From Clostridiaceae bacterium (GTDB lineage: Bacteria > Bacillota > Clostridia > Oscillospirales > Acutalibacteraceae): DNA of 64,000 nt. Position numbers and translations under genes: made by a program. The notes under the pieces are model-generated. The model was not told where the DNA came from, did not search any database, and worked only from the letters and a program-made list of their open reading frames with translations. The stretch covers positions 14,375-78,374 of the forward strand of contig JAEEYU010000069.1 in NCBI GenBank assembly GCA_016288315.1. Reading direction: 5' to 3'. Positions 38,391 through 49,100 of the stretch are shown here, piece by piece (position 1 is the stretch's first letter; every line of letters begins with the position of its first letter).

Positions 38391-39635
38391 TTATTTAAGT
38401 TTGTGAATAAAAAGGCCGCTCAGAAGCTTGGGCTCAAACCAGGTTGATTTGGGAGGCATAAGCAGACCTGCGTCCGAAACCGCCATAAGCTCGTCAAGAG
38501 TAACGGGGAACATGGCGAAGGCAAGGCACATATCAGTAGTGGCTCTGCGTTCGAGTTCTTTTAACCCTCTTATTCCGCCTACAAAATCAATGCGTTTGTC
38601 GTTGCGGAGGTCTTTTATTCCGAGAATCGGGTCAATGAGATTCTCCTGAAGAATCGAAACATCAAGTGACTCAACGGGGTCTGTGCTGTTGTAGGTGCCC
38701 TCTTTTGCGGTTACCTTGAACCATCTGCCTTCAAGGAACATACCGAAGATATGCGGACCCTCTGGACGGTATGGCGAGTTCTGTGCGGGCTCTACGGTGA
38801 ACTTTTCGCTGATTTTTTCAATAAACTGTTCGGGCGTGTTGCCGTTTAAAGTATTGATGACGCGGTTGTAATCCATAATCGCAAGCTCGTCGCTGCTGAA
38901 AAGAACGGCGAGGAAGAAGTTGAACTCCTCGCTGCCGGTGTAGCCGGGGTTCTGCTGTCTGCGGAGCTTGCCGACATTTATTGCCGATGCCGCTCTGTGG
39001 TGACCGTCGGCTATGTAGAGACTCTCAACGTTGCCGAACCATTTTGTAAGGTTTGCGATTGCCTCATCGTCATCGACAACCCAGACGGTGTTGCGCACTC
39101 TCTGGTCGGTGATGAAGTCGCAGGCGGGAGATTTTTCCGCCTTGAATTTTTCAAGAAACGAGGCAATTTCATCTTTTCTGCGGTAAGTCAGAAAGATGGG
39201 ACCCGTGTTGGCGTCGCAGGTGTCAACGTGGTGTATGCGGTCCGCCTCTTTGTCTGCGTGGGTGAGCTCGTGCTTTTTGACAACGTTGTTGATATAGTCA
39301 TCAATTGAGACACAGCCGACAATACCCGTCTGGCTTCTGCCGTTCATAATCTGACGGTAGATGTAGTAGCCGGGTTTTTCATCCTGTTTGCTGACGCCGT
39401 TTGTTTCAAGTGCGGCAAGTGCGGATGCCGCCTTTTCGTAAATCGCCTCGCAATAAGGATCCGTTTCGGGCGGGAAGTCAATTTCCGCCTTGTCAACGTG
39501 AAGAAATGAATAGGGGTTGCCCTTTGCCATTTCAAACGCCTCGTCGCGGTTCATGACATCATAGGGAAGAGCCGCTACCATACCTGCATATTCGGGGAGA
39601 GGGCGGACTGCTTTAAAGGGTTTTACTGTAGCCGT
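38391..39635 (-). CDS. DUF1015 family protein; probable ACG start
   Basis: ATVKPFKAVRP, LPYDV, KKHELT, YIADGHHR and MPPKSTWFEPK. SD AAAGGA lies 9 nt before ACG 39635. Confidence 0.88.
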   Translation of the reverse strand, partial: TATVKPFKAVRPLPEYAGMVAALPYDVMNRDEAFEMAKGNPYSFLHVDKAEIDFPPETDPYCEAIYEKAASALAALETNGVSKQDEKPGYYIYRQIMNGRSQTGIVGCVSIDDYINNVVKKHELTHADKEADRIHHVDTCDANTGPIFLTYRRKDEIASFLEKFKAEKSPACDFITDQRVRNTVWVVDDDEAIANLTKWFGNVESLYIADGHHRAASAINVGKLRRQQNPGYTGSEEFNFFLAVLFSSDELAIMDYNRVINTLNGNTPEQFIEKISEKFTVEPAQNSPYRPEGPHIFGMFLEGRWFKVTAKEGTYNSTDPVESLDVSILQENLIDPILGIKDLRNDKRIDFVGGIRGLKELERRATTDMCLAFAMFPVTLDELMAVSDAGLLMPPKSTWFEPKLLSGLFIHKLK

Positions 39636-39920
39636 ATATATCAATCCTTTCGGTGAAATAAACACTGCTTTTTATTTCAAAAATCTTTATAAATATACAA
39701 TAACGTCAGTAAAAAATCAATTATTAAATCTCCCATAATTTAAGCCCGCCTCAGGCGCGGCGTTATGATTTTTAACGAATACTGCACAACAACAGACAAA
39801 TAAGTATTTATGCATTTGTTTTCGGGTGCTGCGGCTCTGTTTTTTATTGACAGTTTTTGTAATACTATGATAAAATTAAAATGTTAAGTCCAAATCAAAA
39901 AACATTTGGGAGGAATCAGA

Positions 39921-40688
39921 TTGGCAGACTTCAAAACAAGCCCGGTGATGTATGGCATCGCCTTTGCGATAGTGGCATTCATCGTGGCTCAGTCACTGTT
40001 TTTCATTGTCAAGTCGTGGAAGCACGGCAAGCAGATCGGCATTAAGAAAGAAACGCTTGTGTCAACCGTAACATCAAGCATTCTTTTCAGCATAGCGCCG
40101 GCAATTTCGATTCTCGCAACCGTTCTCGCGCTTGCGAACGCGCTCGGAATTGTTGTGCCGTGGATACGCCTCACGGTCATAGGCAACCTCGCTTATGAAA
40201 CGGTTGCGGCCGAATCCACACTCGGCATTCTCGGCGGCTCGCTGAGCAAAGAGATAACCGACCCCACACAGTTTTCAACGGTCGCGTGGGCCATGACTCT
40301 CGGCTCGGTGTTCCCGCTCACATTCCTTCCGCTTGTGTGCAGAAAACTGCAGAAAAAAATCGGCGGAGCTGTCAATAAGAACGAAAAAACGGCAATGCTC
40401 GGCGATGTTGTTTCGGCCGCCGCGTTTATCGGCATTATTTCCGCTTTCATCGCAAGGGCAATAGCCGGCACAAGCACAAGCGATCCTTCAACAAACGCGG
40501 GCATTATGTCGGTAACCGTGCTTATTGTTGCAATAGTCGCAATGCTGGTTCTCTCCGGCCTCTGCAAGAAATTCAAGTGGACTTCATTTGAACCGTTCGC
40601 AATGCCCATAAGCATGTTTATAGGTATGGCCGCGGCGATTATAATGAATATCTGCCTGCCCGATATTGCGGCAATAACCTGGAGATAA
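39921..40688 (+). CDS. DUF5058-family membrane protein
   Basis: QSLFFIVKSWKHGKQIG, SSILFSIAP and PWIRLTVIG. TTG 39921 after GGGAGG. Promoter TTGACA...TGaTAAAAT at 39847-39876. Confidence 0.8.
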   Translation: MADFKTSPVMYGIAFAIVAFIVAQSLFFIVKSWKHGKQIGIKKETLVSTVTSSILFSIAPAISILATVLALANALGIVVPWIRLTVIGNLAYETVAAESTLGILGGSLSKEITDPTQFSTVAWAMTLGSVFPLTFLPLVCRKLQKKIGGAVNKNEKTAMLGDVVSAAAFIGIISAFIARAIAGTSTSDPSTNAGIMSVTVLIVAIVAMLVLSGLCKKFKWTSFEPFAMPISMFIGMAAAIIMNICLPDIAAITWR

Positions 40689-40700
40689 GGAGGGAAAAGA

Positions 40701-41411
40701 ATGGACAGCAAATATTTTGACAGACTCCATGTCTGGGGCACCGTATGGAACTACGCCGCCCTTGTTATGATGTTCACACTGCCCGTCGGCGTCTCCCTTG
40801 TTTTTGACGCCTGGCCCGCGGCAGGTGTAATAGGCAAAATTCTTCTGACTCTCATCCCTCTTTACTGGATTACCGCAATCGTCGAGGTTGTTACCTATGT
40901 GCCGATTTTAGGCGCGGGCGGAACATATCTCTCGTTTGTTACGGGCAACATAGCAAATCTGCGTCTTCCCTGCGGCCTCAACGCAATGGAGAACGCGAAA
41001 GTCCGCGCAAACACTGAGGAAGGCGAAGTCATAAGCACAATCTCAATAGCCGTTTCATCCATCACAACAACGGTTATCATTGCCGTGGGCGTGCTTGCGT
41101 TCGCGCCGATTCTGCCCAAAATCACGGCGGAGGGCTCCGTGTTCAAAGCGGCGTTCAACAATGTGCTTCCCGCTCTTTTCGGAGCGCTCGGAGCCGGCTA
41201 TTTCGCAAAGCACTGGAAGCTTGCGTTCGCGCCCATCATCATCGGCGTTCTTGTGCTGATTTTTGCCCCGACAACAGGCGTAGGAATACTTATGTTCATA
41301 ACCATCGTCGCCTCAATTGTTGCCGCTGTTATTATCTACAGGGATCTGCTCAAAGAAACAATCTCATCCGTGCGCGGAAGCAAAAAAGAGAGCGGCGAAA
41401 CCGCAGAATGA
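40701..41411 (+). CDS. Membrane protein, usual partner of DUF5058
   Basis: YVPILGAGGTYLSFVTGNIANLRLPC, GEVISTI and VLPALFG; multiple TM segments. Confidence 0.7.
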   Translation: MDSKYFDRLHVWGTVWNYAALVMMFTLPVGVSLVFDAWPAAGVIGKILLTLIPLYWITAIVEVVTYVPILGAGGTYLSFVTGNIANLRLPCGLNAMENAKVRANTEEGEVISTISIAVSSITTTVIIAVGVLAFAPILPKITAEGSVFKAAFNNVLPALFGALGAGYFAKHWKLAFAPIIIGVLVLIFAPTTGVGILMFITIVASIVAAVIIYRDLLKETISSVRGSKKESGETAE

Positions 41412-41546
41412 TTTTTGACTGCTTTATTCATTAAAATAAAAAGCAAACAGCCGTTTATTTGTGCATTTTAGCACTTGTAAATCAACCCCCGTTGTTTTAT
41501 ATTATTTAAGGTGTATTTTTCAAGTTTTGAAAGGAGATAAAAAGTT

Positions 41547-42242
41547 ATGATTAACTACACAAACGAAGTGCAGAATATGTGCTGCGTTGCAAAAGGTCCC
41601 AATCACGGCCCCGCACCCATCCCCGAAGAAGGCAAATGGGTAAAGGCATACGAAGTAAAGGATATTTCCGCCTTTACGCACGGTGTCGGCTGGTGCGCAC
41701 CTCAGCAGGGTGCCTGCAAGCTTTCACTCAATGTTAAAAACGGTATTATCGAAGAGGCGCTCGTCGAAACAATCGGCTGCTCGGGCATGACTCACTCGGC
41801 TGCCATGGCGGCGGAGATTCTTCCCGGCAAAACCATTCTTGAGGCGCTCAACACAGACCTTGTGTGCGATGCCATCAACACCGCAATGAGAGAACTCTTC
41901 CTTCAGATAGTTTACGGCCGTTCGCAGTCCGCTTTCTCGGATGACGGTCTTTCGGTAGGCGCAGGTCTTGAAGACCTCGGCAAAGGCCTCCGCTCACAGG
42001 TAGGCACAATGTATGGCACAAAGCTCAAGGGCGTCCGCTACCTTGAAATGGCAGAGGGCTATGTTACAAGACTTGCTCTTGACGCTGACGATCAGGTTAT
42101 CGGCTATGAATTTGTTTCGCTCGGCAAAATGACCGACTTCATCAAGAAGGGCGACGACCCCACAACAGCATACAACAAGGCAATCGGTTCTTACGGCAGA
42201 TTTGCAGACGCCGCAAAGTATATCGATCCCCGTAAAGAATAA
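41547..42242 (+). CDS. NifU/IscU-like scaffold-fold protein paired with GGGtGRT
   Basis: GWCAPQQGAC, ETIGCSGMTHS and LVCDAIN. Promoter TTGTAA-17-TATATT at 41475-41503. Confidence 0.8.
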   Translation: MINYTNEVQNMCCVAKGPNHGPAPIPEEGKWVKAYEVKDISAFTHGVGWCAPQQGACKLSLNVKNGIIEEALVETIGCSGMTHSAAMAAEILPGKTILEALNTDLVCDAINTAMRELFLQIVYGRSQSAFSDDGLSVGAGLEDLGKGLRSQVGTMYGTKLKGVRYLEMAEGYVTRLALDADDQVIGYEFVSLGKMTDFIKKGDDPTTAYNKAIGSYGRFADAAKYIDPRKE

Positions 42243-42264
42243 TTTGTAAGAGGAGGAAATTAAA

Positions 42265-43263
42265 ATGGCATTATTTGAAAGCTATGAGAGAAGAGTTGAC
42301 AAAATCAACGCCGTTCTCGCACAATACGGTATTTCATCAATAGAAGAATGCAAAGAAATCACTCTTGCAAAGGGTGTTGACTGCGACGCAATCGTAAGAG
42401 GCACACAGCCGATATGCTTTGAAAACGCTGTATGGGCTTACACCGTCGGCTGCGCAATCGCTATTAAATCGGGTTGCACAAAGGCCGCTGACGCCGCCGC
42501 AAAAATCGGCGAAGGTCTGCAGAGCTTCTGCATTCCCGGCTCCGTTGCCGACAACAGAAAGGTCGGTCTCGGTCACGGCAACCTCGGCAAAATGCTCCTT
42601 TCGGAAGAAACAGAATGCTTCTGCTTCCTTGCAGGTCACGAATCCTTCGCAGCTGCAGAGGGCGCAATCAAAATCGCTCTTAACGCAAACAAGGTTCGTG
42701 TAAAGCCCCTGAGAGTTATACTCAACGGTCTCGGCAAAGACGCCGCCATGATTATTTCAAGAATCAACGGTTTCACATACGTTCAGACAGAGTTTGACCC
42801 CTATTCGGAAACAGTTACCGTTGTTAAGGAGACTCCTTATTCAACAGGCGACAGAGCAAAGGTAAAATGCTACGGCGCAGACAATGTTCCCGAAGGCGTT
42901 GCAATTATGAAGCTTGAGAACGTCGGCGTTTCAATCACCGGCAACTCAACCAACCCCACCAGATTCCAGCACCCCGTTGCAGGCACATACAAAAAATGGT
43001 GCAACGAAAACGGCGTTAAATATTTCTCGGTTGCTTCGGGCGGCGGCACGGGCAGAACCCTTCACCCCGACAACATGGCAGCAGGCCCCGCAAGCTACGG
43101 CATGACCGACACAATGGGCAGAATGCACTCCGACGCTCAGTTCGCCGGCTCCTCATCCGTTCCCGCTCACGTTGAAATGATGGGACTTATCGGCATGGGC
43201 AACAACCCGATGGTAGGCGCGACAGTCGCCTGCGCGGTTGCGGTTGAAGAGGCGATGAAATAA
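42265..43263 (+). CDS. GGGtGRT-family protein
   Basis: Eponymous SGGGTGRTLHPD motif; MALFESYERR start. Confidence 0.92.
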   Translation: MALFESYERRVDKINAVLAQYGISSIEECKEITLAKGVDCDAIVRGTQPICFENAVWAYTVGCAIAIKSGCTKAADAAAKIGEGLQSFCIPGSVADNRKVGLGHGNLGKMLLSEETECFCFLAGHESFAAAEGAIKIALNANKVRVKPLRVILNGLGKDAAMIISRINGFTYVQTEFDPYSETVTVVKETPYSTGDRAKVKCYGADNVPEGVAIMKLENVGVSITGNSTNPTRFQHPVAGTYKKWCNENGVKYFSVASGGGTGRTLHPDNMAAGPASYGMTDTMGRMHSDAQFAGSSSVPAHVEMMGLIGMGNNPMVGATVACAVAVEEAMK

Positions 43264-43349
43264 GAACCTGACGCAAAGCGTCAGAACCTTGTTACTCACT
43301 GCGTTCGTAATAATCACAACTTTTCGGTATAAATACTTTGTAAGCAATT

Positions 43350-43384
43350 AAGGACTCCGCCTGAAATACGGCGGAGTTCTTTTT
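43350..43384 (+). terminator. Rho-independent terminator
   Basis: AGGACTCCGCC / GGCGGAGTTCTTTTT. Confidence 0.8.
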
Positions 43385-43459
43385 GCTTTATGCTTGCAAT
43401 TATCGGTCGGGGGAATTATAATTTTCATTATAAAATCAGTATTAACCGGAGTAATTGAA

Positions 43460-44845
43460 ATGGGCAGGACGGACGAAAACAGAATACCTCTGCTGACCCG
43501 TGACAGGAGTTTTTATATTTCACTTTTTGCGCTTGCAATTCCCGTAGCGCTGCAGAACCTTATAACCTTTGCAGTCAACTTTGCCGACAATCTTATGGTA
43601 AGCTCTCTGGGCGATTCCGCCGTTTCCGGCGTATATATGGGCAACCAGATTCAGACCTTTCTGCAGATGTTTTCGGGCGGTATTGAGGGTGCGATTCTCG
43701 TTCTCTCTGCTCAATACTGGGGCAAAGCCGATAAAGAGAGCATAAAGCGGATTGTCTCAATCGGCACGCATTTTTCGTTGGCGTTCGGTCTTGTTCTCAC
43801 GGCGGTGTGCGCCCTGCTGCCTGACCGGATAATCGGAATATTCACACACGATGCTCAGGTAATTGCGGACGGGACCGTTTATTTGCGGGTTGTATGTTTT
43901 TCATACGCATTTTTTTGCCTGACGCAGGCGCTTATTGCCGCTATGAGAAGCGTTGAGGCGGCGAACATAGGAATGATTGTTTCGGGCATTTCGCTGTATA
44001 TAAACATCGGTCTTAACTATGCGCTGATTTTCGGGAAGCTCGGTCTGCCCGCGCTCGGAATAAAAGGTGCGGCTGTTGCCACTCTTGTTTCGCGCATGGC
44101 AGAGACAATGATTATTATGTTATACGTTTTCAGAATCGACAAAAAGCTGCGGCTCACTCCCGTTGATTTTTTCAAAACGGATTCTCTGCTGAGAAAGGAT
44201 TTTATCCGCTACGGTCTGCCGATTATCGGCGGCAATGTTGTCTGGAGCGTAAACCTTATGGGCAACTCGATTATTCTCGGCAGATTCAACCAGTCTGTTA
44301 TTGCGGCGACAAGCGTTGCAAACAACCTCAATTCACTTGCCTATGTGGCAGTAAACGGTATGTCATCTGCCGTGGGAATAATCACGGGCAAGACTGTAGG
44401 CGCAGGCAAAACACGGCTTATGAAGGAATACGCAAAAACAACGCAGATTCTGTTTTTCGGCATAGGTCTTCTGACGGGGCTTACGCTGTTCCTGCTGCGT
44501 GTTCCGTTTATCTCGCTGTATTCAGGCATTACGCCCGAAGCGGCCAACTTCGCAAAGCAGTTCTGCACGGTGCTTTCGGTAACAATAATCGGCACCTGCT
44601 ACCAGGCGGCGTGCCTGTTCGGGCTTGTAAAATCCGGCGGAGACATAGGGTTTGTTTTTAAGAACGACACGATTTTTGTTTTCGGCGTTGTTCTGCCGTC
44701 GGCTGTAATCGCTTTGTCCCTCGGTGCGCCTGCGTGGGTTGTTTTTGCATTGCTGAAATGCGACCAGATTTTAAAATGCTTTGTTGCGGTATTCAAAATC
44801 AACAGCTTCAACTGGATGAAAAACCTCACGAGGGATAGGGAATAA
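43460..44845 (+). CDS. MATE-family efflux transporter
   Basis: LAIPVALQNL...ADNLMV, QYWG and LGIKGAAVATLVSR; about 12 TM. Promoter TTGCAA-17-TATAAT at 43394-43422. Confidence 0.92.
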   Translation: MGRTDENRIPLLTRDRSFYISLFALAIPVALQNLITFAVNFADNLMVSSLGDSAVSGVYMGNQIQTFLQMFSGGIEGAILVLSAQYWGKADKESIKRIVSIGTHFSLAFGLVLTAVCALLPDRIIGIFTHDAQVIADGTVYLRVVCFSYAFFCLTQALIAAMRSVEAANIGMIVSGISLYINIGLNYALIFGKLGLPALGIKGAAVATLVSRMAETMIIMLYVFRIDKKLRLTPVDFFKTDSLLRKDFIRYGLPIIGGNVVWSVNLMGNSIILGRFNQSVIAATSVANNLNSLAYVAVNGMSSAVGIITGKTVGAGKTRLMKEYAKTTQILFFGIGLLTGLTLFLLRVPFISLYSGITPEAANFAKQFCTVLSVTIIGTCYQAACLFGLVKSGGDIGFVFKNDTIFVFGVVLPSAVIALSLGAPAWVVFALLKCDQILKCFVAVFKINSFNWMKNLTRDRE

Positions 44846-44914
44846 AAGTTGATTTTGACCCGGCTTTGCTTTATAATATCACCTGAAAACAATATGAATA
44901 AAGGAGACTGAATA

Positions 44915-46033
44915 ATGGATTTCGGCAAGGTTACGGCATTTTTCTCACAGGCAGGCACATACATCAAAATCGGTCTGGGCGTTGCGTTCACTTTTATTAT
45001 TTCGCTCGTTCAGATTATTGCTCCGTTCACGGCAAATCAGGCGAAGCTTTTTGAAAAATGGAGTGCGGATGATAAATTTGAAACAAGTTATTGCGCTGAA
45101 CTGAAAAAAGACCCGGACAAGGATTTTGTTGTTCTCAACATAGCCGACGTTCAGCTCAACGATGCCGAACTTTATGACGGCTCGTGGGACCTCGCAAAAA
45201 GCACAATCAAGAGCGCTGTTGAAAAGGCAAAGCCCGATTTAATCACTCTGACGGGTGACAATGCGTGGGGTATGCTTTCATACATTGAGCTTTGCAAATA
45301 CATTGACTCCTACGGCATTCCGTGGGCTCCCGTAATGGGCAACCACGACGGGCAGAGAACGCCCTCTGAATTCTGGTGCGCCTACCAGTTCACCTCCTCG
45401 AAAAACTGTCTGTTCAAGTTTGGTCCCGAAGATATGGGCTACGGCAACTACATTATCAACATAACTGAAAACGGCAAAATCATTCACACCCTGTTTATGA
45501 TGGACACACACTCCGATGCAGATGACACAGAGGCGGGCAAAATCAATCTCGGCACAGACGGCAGTGCGGGCTATGACCATCTCTGGGCAAACCAGCTTGA
45601 GTGGTATGAGTGGGCTGTTAACGGCATTACCGCATCGGCAGGCAAAACGGTTGAAAGCACGGCGTTTATGCATATTCCCGTTGTGGAATACGGCACATAC
45701 TATGCACAGTATTATGACAAAGAGAACGACTGCTGGAAGGATGAATATGCAGACGATTGCTTCGGCGTAAACCACGAGGATGTCTGCTGTGCTCACGGCA
45801 ACAACGGTTTCTTTGCCCTTTGCAAGCGGCTTGGCAGCACGAAAAATATTATTGTTGGTCACGACCATGTAAACTCAAGTTCAATGCTTGTTGACGGAAT
45901 ACGCCTGTCATACGGTCTCAAGTGCGGCTCCGGCTGCTACTGGGAGAGTGAAATGAGCGGCGGCTCAACGCTGACAATCGCATCGGACGGCACTGCGGAA
46001 TTTGAGCACATCTACATTGACAGTGCGGCATAA
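44915..46033 (+). CDS. Membrane-anchored metallophosphoesterase (Dcr2/PAP14-like)
   Basis: ADVQ, TGDN, GNHD, HIP and GHDH, with an N-terminal hydrophobic segment. Promoter TTGATT-17-TATAAT at 44849-44877. Confidence 0.85.
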   Translation: MDFGKVTAFFSQAGTYIKIGLGVAFTFIISLVQIIAPFTANQAKLFEKWSADDKFETSYCAELKKDPDKDFVVLNIADVQLNDAELYDGSWDLAKSTIKSAVEKAKPDLITLTGDNAWGMLSYIELCKYIDSYGIPWAPVMGNHDGQRTPSEFWCAYQFTSSKNCLFKFGPEDMGYGNYIINITENGKIIHTLFMMDTHSDADDTEAGKINLGTDGSAGYDHLWANQLEWYEWAVNGITASAGKTVESTAFMHIPVVEYGTYYAQYYDKENDCWKDEYADDCFGVNHEDVCCAHGNNGFFALCKRLGSTKNIIVGHDHVNSSSMLVDGIRLSYGLKCGSGCYWESEMSGGSTLTIASDGTAEFEHIYIDSAA

Positions 46034-46051
46034 GGCAGAATAAAAAAACAC

Positions 46052-46129
46052 CGGCGGAATCTGAGCAAACGCTCATCCGCCGTTTTTTTTGTTTGCGAAA
46101 GCCCCCGACGTAATATTACGCCGGGGGCT
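46052..46129. terminator. Two adjacent terminator-like hairpins between convergent genes
   Basis: CGGCGGA...TCCGCCG+T8, and AGCCCCCG...CGGGGGCT. Confidence 0.7.
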
Positions 46130-46139
46130 GCTGTTTAAA

Positions 46140-49100
46140 TCATTTTGTAAAAACGGAGAATATTCTGAAGAAAATACCCAGAATGCTCCACAAGAAGGAG
46201 AAATCCATTTTGGATGCGAGCAGATTGAATAATGAGCCCGCTCCGGAGGAACCGGTTTTTTTGATGGCGAAGCTGTCCGCCTTTTGTGCATTGCCGTCAA
46301 CGACTTTGTAGGCATCATAATAAAGGGTGTTGCCGTCAGTCTGAACGGCGGCGAAAACGGGTGTGTCGGGCACAAAGGCTGTTTCGGCATCGGGGAAGAG
46401 GTTAGCTGTTTTGTTTACGGCGCTTGCTCTCCTGACACCCGCTGTGCCGGGAAGCGCGTAAACGGTGCCCTTCGGGTTAACCATTGCCGTATATTTTTCA
46501 CCGTTGTAAGTGACGGTTTCTTTGCCGCTTACTGCAGGCAGACCTCCGCTTAAAGCTCCGGTGCGCCAGTAAACGCAATCCTGACCCTGAAGCACAAGGT
46601 CAACGCCGAGGTAGGGCAGAAGCCCGTTTAACTGCGTGCGGATATTCTTATTCTCTTTTGCGGTGCATTTTGCTCCGTTTGAATAAATTGCCTTGGGGAG
46701 AACAACTACCTTCCAGTCGGCATCGCTTGAAGAAATATCTTCTTTAAGCCAGTTAAGCTGCGGCTCGCCGAGTTTTTTATCCGCCAGATTGTTTGTGTTG
46801 AGAACGGTGAAGTGGATGTTGTTGTAATCGTAGGAGTAATAGACGCCCGTGTCGGTAGTCTGTTTTGGATAATTTGCAAGATTAAAATATTGCGTAACAA
46901 AGCCGCCCGCTTTTTCTCTTGCGCCTGCGGCGGGCATAAAGAAAGTGTTAATCAGATTGTCTGCGGCAGTATTGAAGAAGCTCTTCCAGTGCTTTGTGTT
47001 TTTGGCAAGAGTTACCTGACTGCCTGCGGAAACTATGAACTTTGCGTCGGGAACCGTTCTGAACGCCACCTTGAGAACATCGGAGAACACTCCGTATTGC
47101 GTGTCGTTCTGACCCTGCATATCGGCAAGGGCAATAAAAGTGGTTTTGCCGGATTTATCCGCAGTCTGCAGAGTGCCCACCTCACTCCACCAGTCACGCG
47201 AGGCATCGCCTATGCGGTAGCTGTATTTTTTGCCCGGCTCAAGGTTTGAGACCGTGACATAGTGGCGGGTGTAATCCTTGCTGAAATCGAGGAAGGCGAT
47301 TATTCCTAGATCCGCTCCGGGGTAGCTTATTGAAACGGTTTTACTGCTCGCCTTGATGTCGAGCCCGTCGTTTGCTCCCCTGCCGAACGAGGGGTTGTCG
47401 CTGTATGGAACAATCTCAATATCCGAGCCCGTTACACTGTATTTTGTAAGCCAGGTGAAGTTTGCCTGTGTGGATGAATCTTCGCCCATTGTTACGGCTA
47501 TATCGGAGGGCAAACGGTAATTGTCCGCAGTTGCTTCGACCTTCTCCTTGCCTGAATAAACAAGAGTGTAGTCACCGTCAGCTCTTTCAACGGGGTTATT
47601 GTCTATGAGAAGGGTGCCTACCATCCAGCTGATTGTATGACCCCACGCCTGCATCTGAGAGGGCGTGAAATGTTCGTCGCCTATGAGGGTGTCAATAATA
47701 TTGTCAACCGAAGAGTATTTCTCGGGCACAAAGATTATGCCGAGAACGGAGGTGACAAGGTTGAGGAAGCTGTTGTCGCCGCCGAGGAGAGCTTCCGTTA
47801 TGCCCTGGAGGATGTCGCCGAGAACGGCGAGAGCAGAGCCGTCGGGGAAGAGCTCGCCGGGGTTGAAGTCAAGATTTGCGAGAACCTCGTTGAGGGCGAA
47901 ATCTTCAACAACCGTTTTACGCAGAAGAGTAAAGAACTCCTGCGCGAGCTCACCGCTTTCAAATCTGTCAAGAACATCCTGAACCATCGGGTCGGCTGAA
48001 ATATCTTCATCGCCGCCGTAGTATGAGAGAAGCGCTGTCTGGGCAAATTCATCCAGCGTGGTGGGTCCTGTCGGGTTGCCGTGCCCCGTCTTTTCATAAT
48101 AGAGGGTGCAGGGCTTGTCGCTTACCTTGAAGTTGAGCAGGGTTGTAAGAAGTTCGCTCACTACCTGAAGAGTGTGCTCCCTGTCATTTATATATCTTGA
48201 GTCAATCTGACTGCCGAGCTCATTTATAAAGCCCATAAGGTTCTGACTGACGGTAAGAATTTCGGTGTCACCTATCTGAAGGCCGTTGGTGCCCAGCGCA
48301 TTTTTAATAATCTCCTCAAGGTCAATGCCTTTTTCAGACAGGAAACCGACGAGGCCACCCGCCCTCTGAATCTGCGGGAAATATGTTCTGATTACGCCGA
48401 GTATGGCACTGTAGGCAAATTCGTAAATATCCTTACCGAATGTAAGGTCGTATGAGCCGTTGTATTTGAACGGCTGAGCGTATGTGATTGTTTCGCCGTT
48501 TCTGACATAAGAAACGGGAGTGAACTCGTCAACTCTGTGGCTTGACATATCCATTGAAATCTCGTCGCCGGAGGATTTGAATTCCGCAATTCTCATCTCG
48601 TTGGGATAGCCCGTGAGCGTAGCGGTAAGCAGGTCGGTTATTCTCTCGCCGTTGTCGTTTACATAAGCGGCAGTGTCGTGAGAATGAAGATGACCTGAGA
48701 AAACATAGTGAATGCCCGCATCCGCATAAGTGTCGCAGACATATTCCCAGTTGTCTATGACGAAGGCAAAGAATGTCGCCTCTTCAATATCCATGTGCTG
48801 GACTATGTTGTGGTGCTGCATAAAGACGACCTTGTAGCCGTTTTCTTTGGCGTAGGCACCCTGCTCGACAATCCAGTTCATAAGGTCTTCGCCTATCATA
48901 CCGTCGGTTACGTGCTCGTTGGTGGGTGCGCCGTTGTCAACGGAGTATTTGTTTGAGTCAACGGCTATAAGCATAAAATCGTCATTGAGCTTCCACGAAT
49001 ATGAAAGATAGCCGCCGTAGTTGCCCGCTTTGGGGTGAAAACGCGAAATACAGTCGGGATCATTCTCATCATAGCCGAAGTTTTTGTAGATTTTTTCGAA

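Noticed and set aside
39730-39835. Two weak hairpins upstream of DUF5058 as a riboswitch
   Set aside because: They lie upstream of the predicted promoter and show no recognisable aptamer or terminator.
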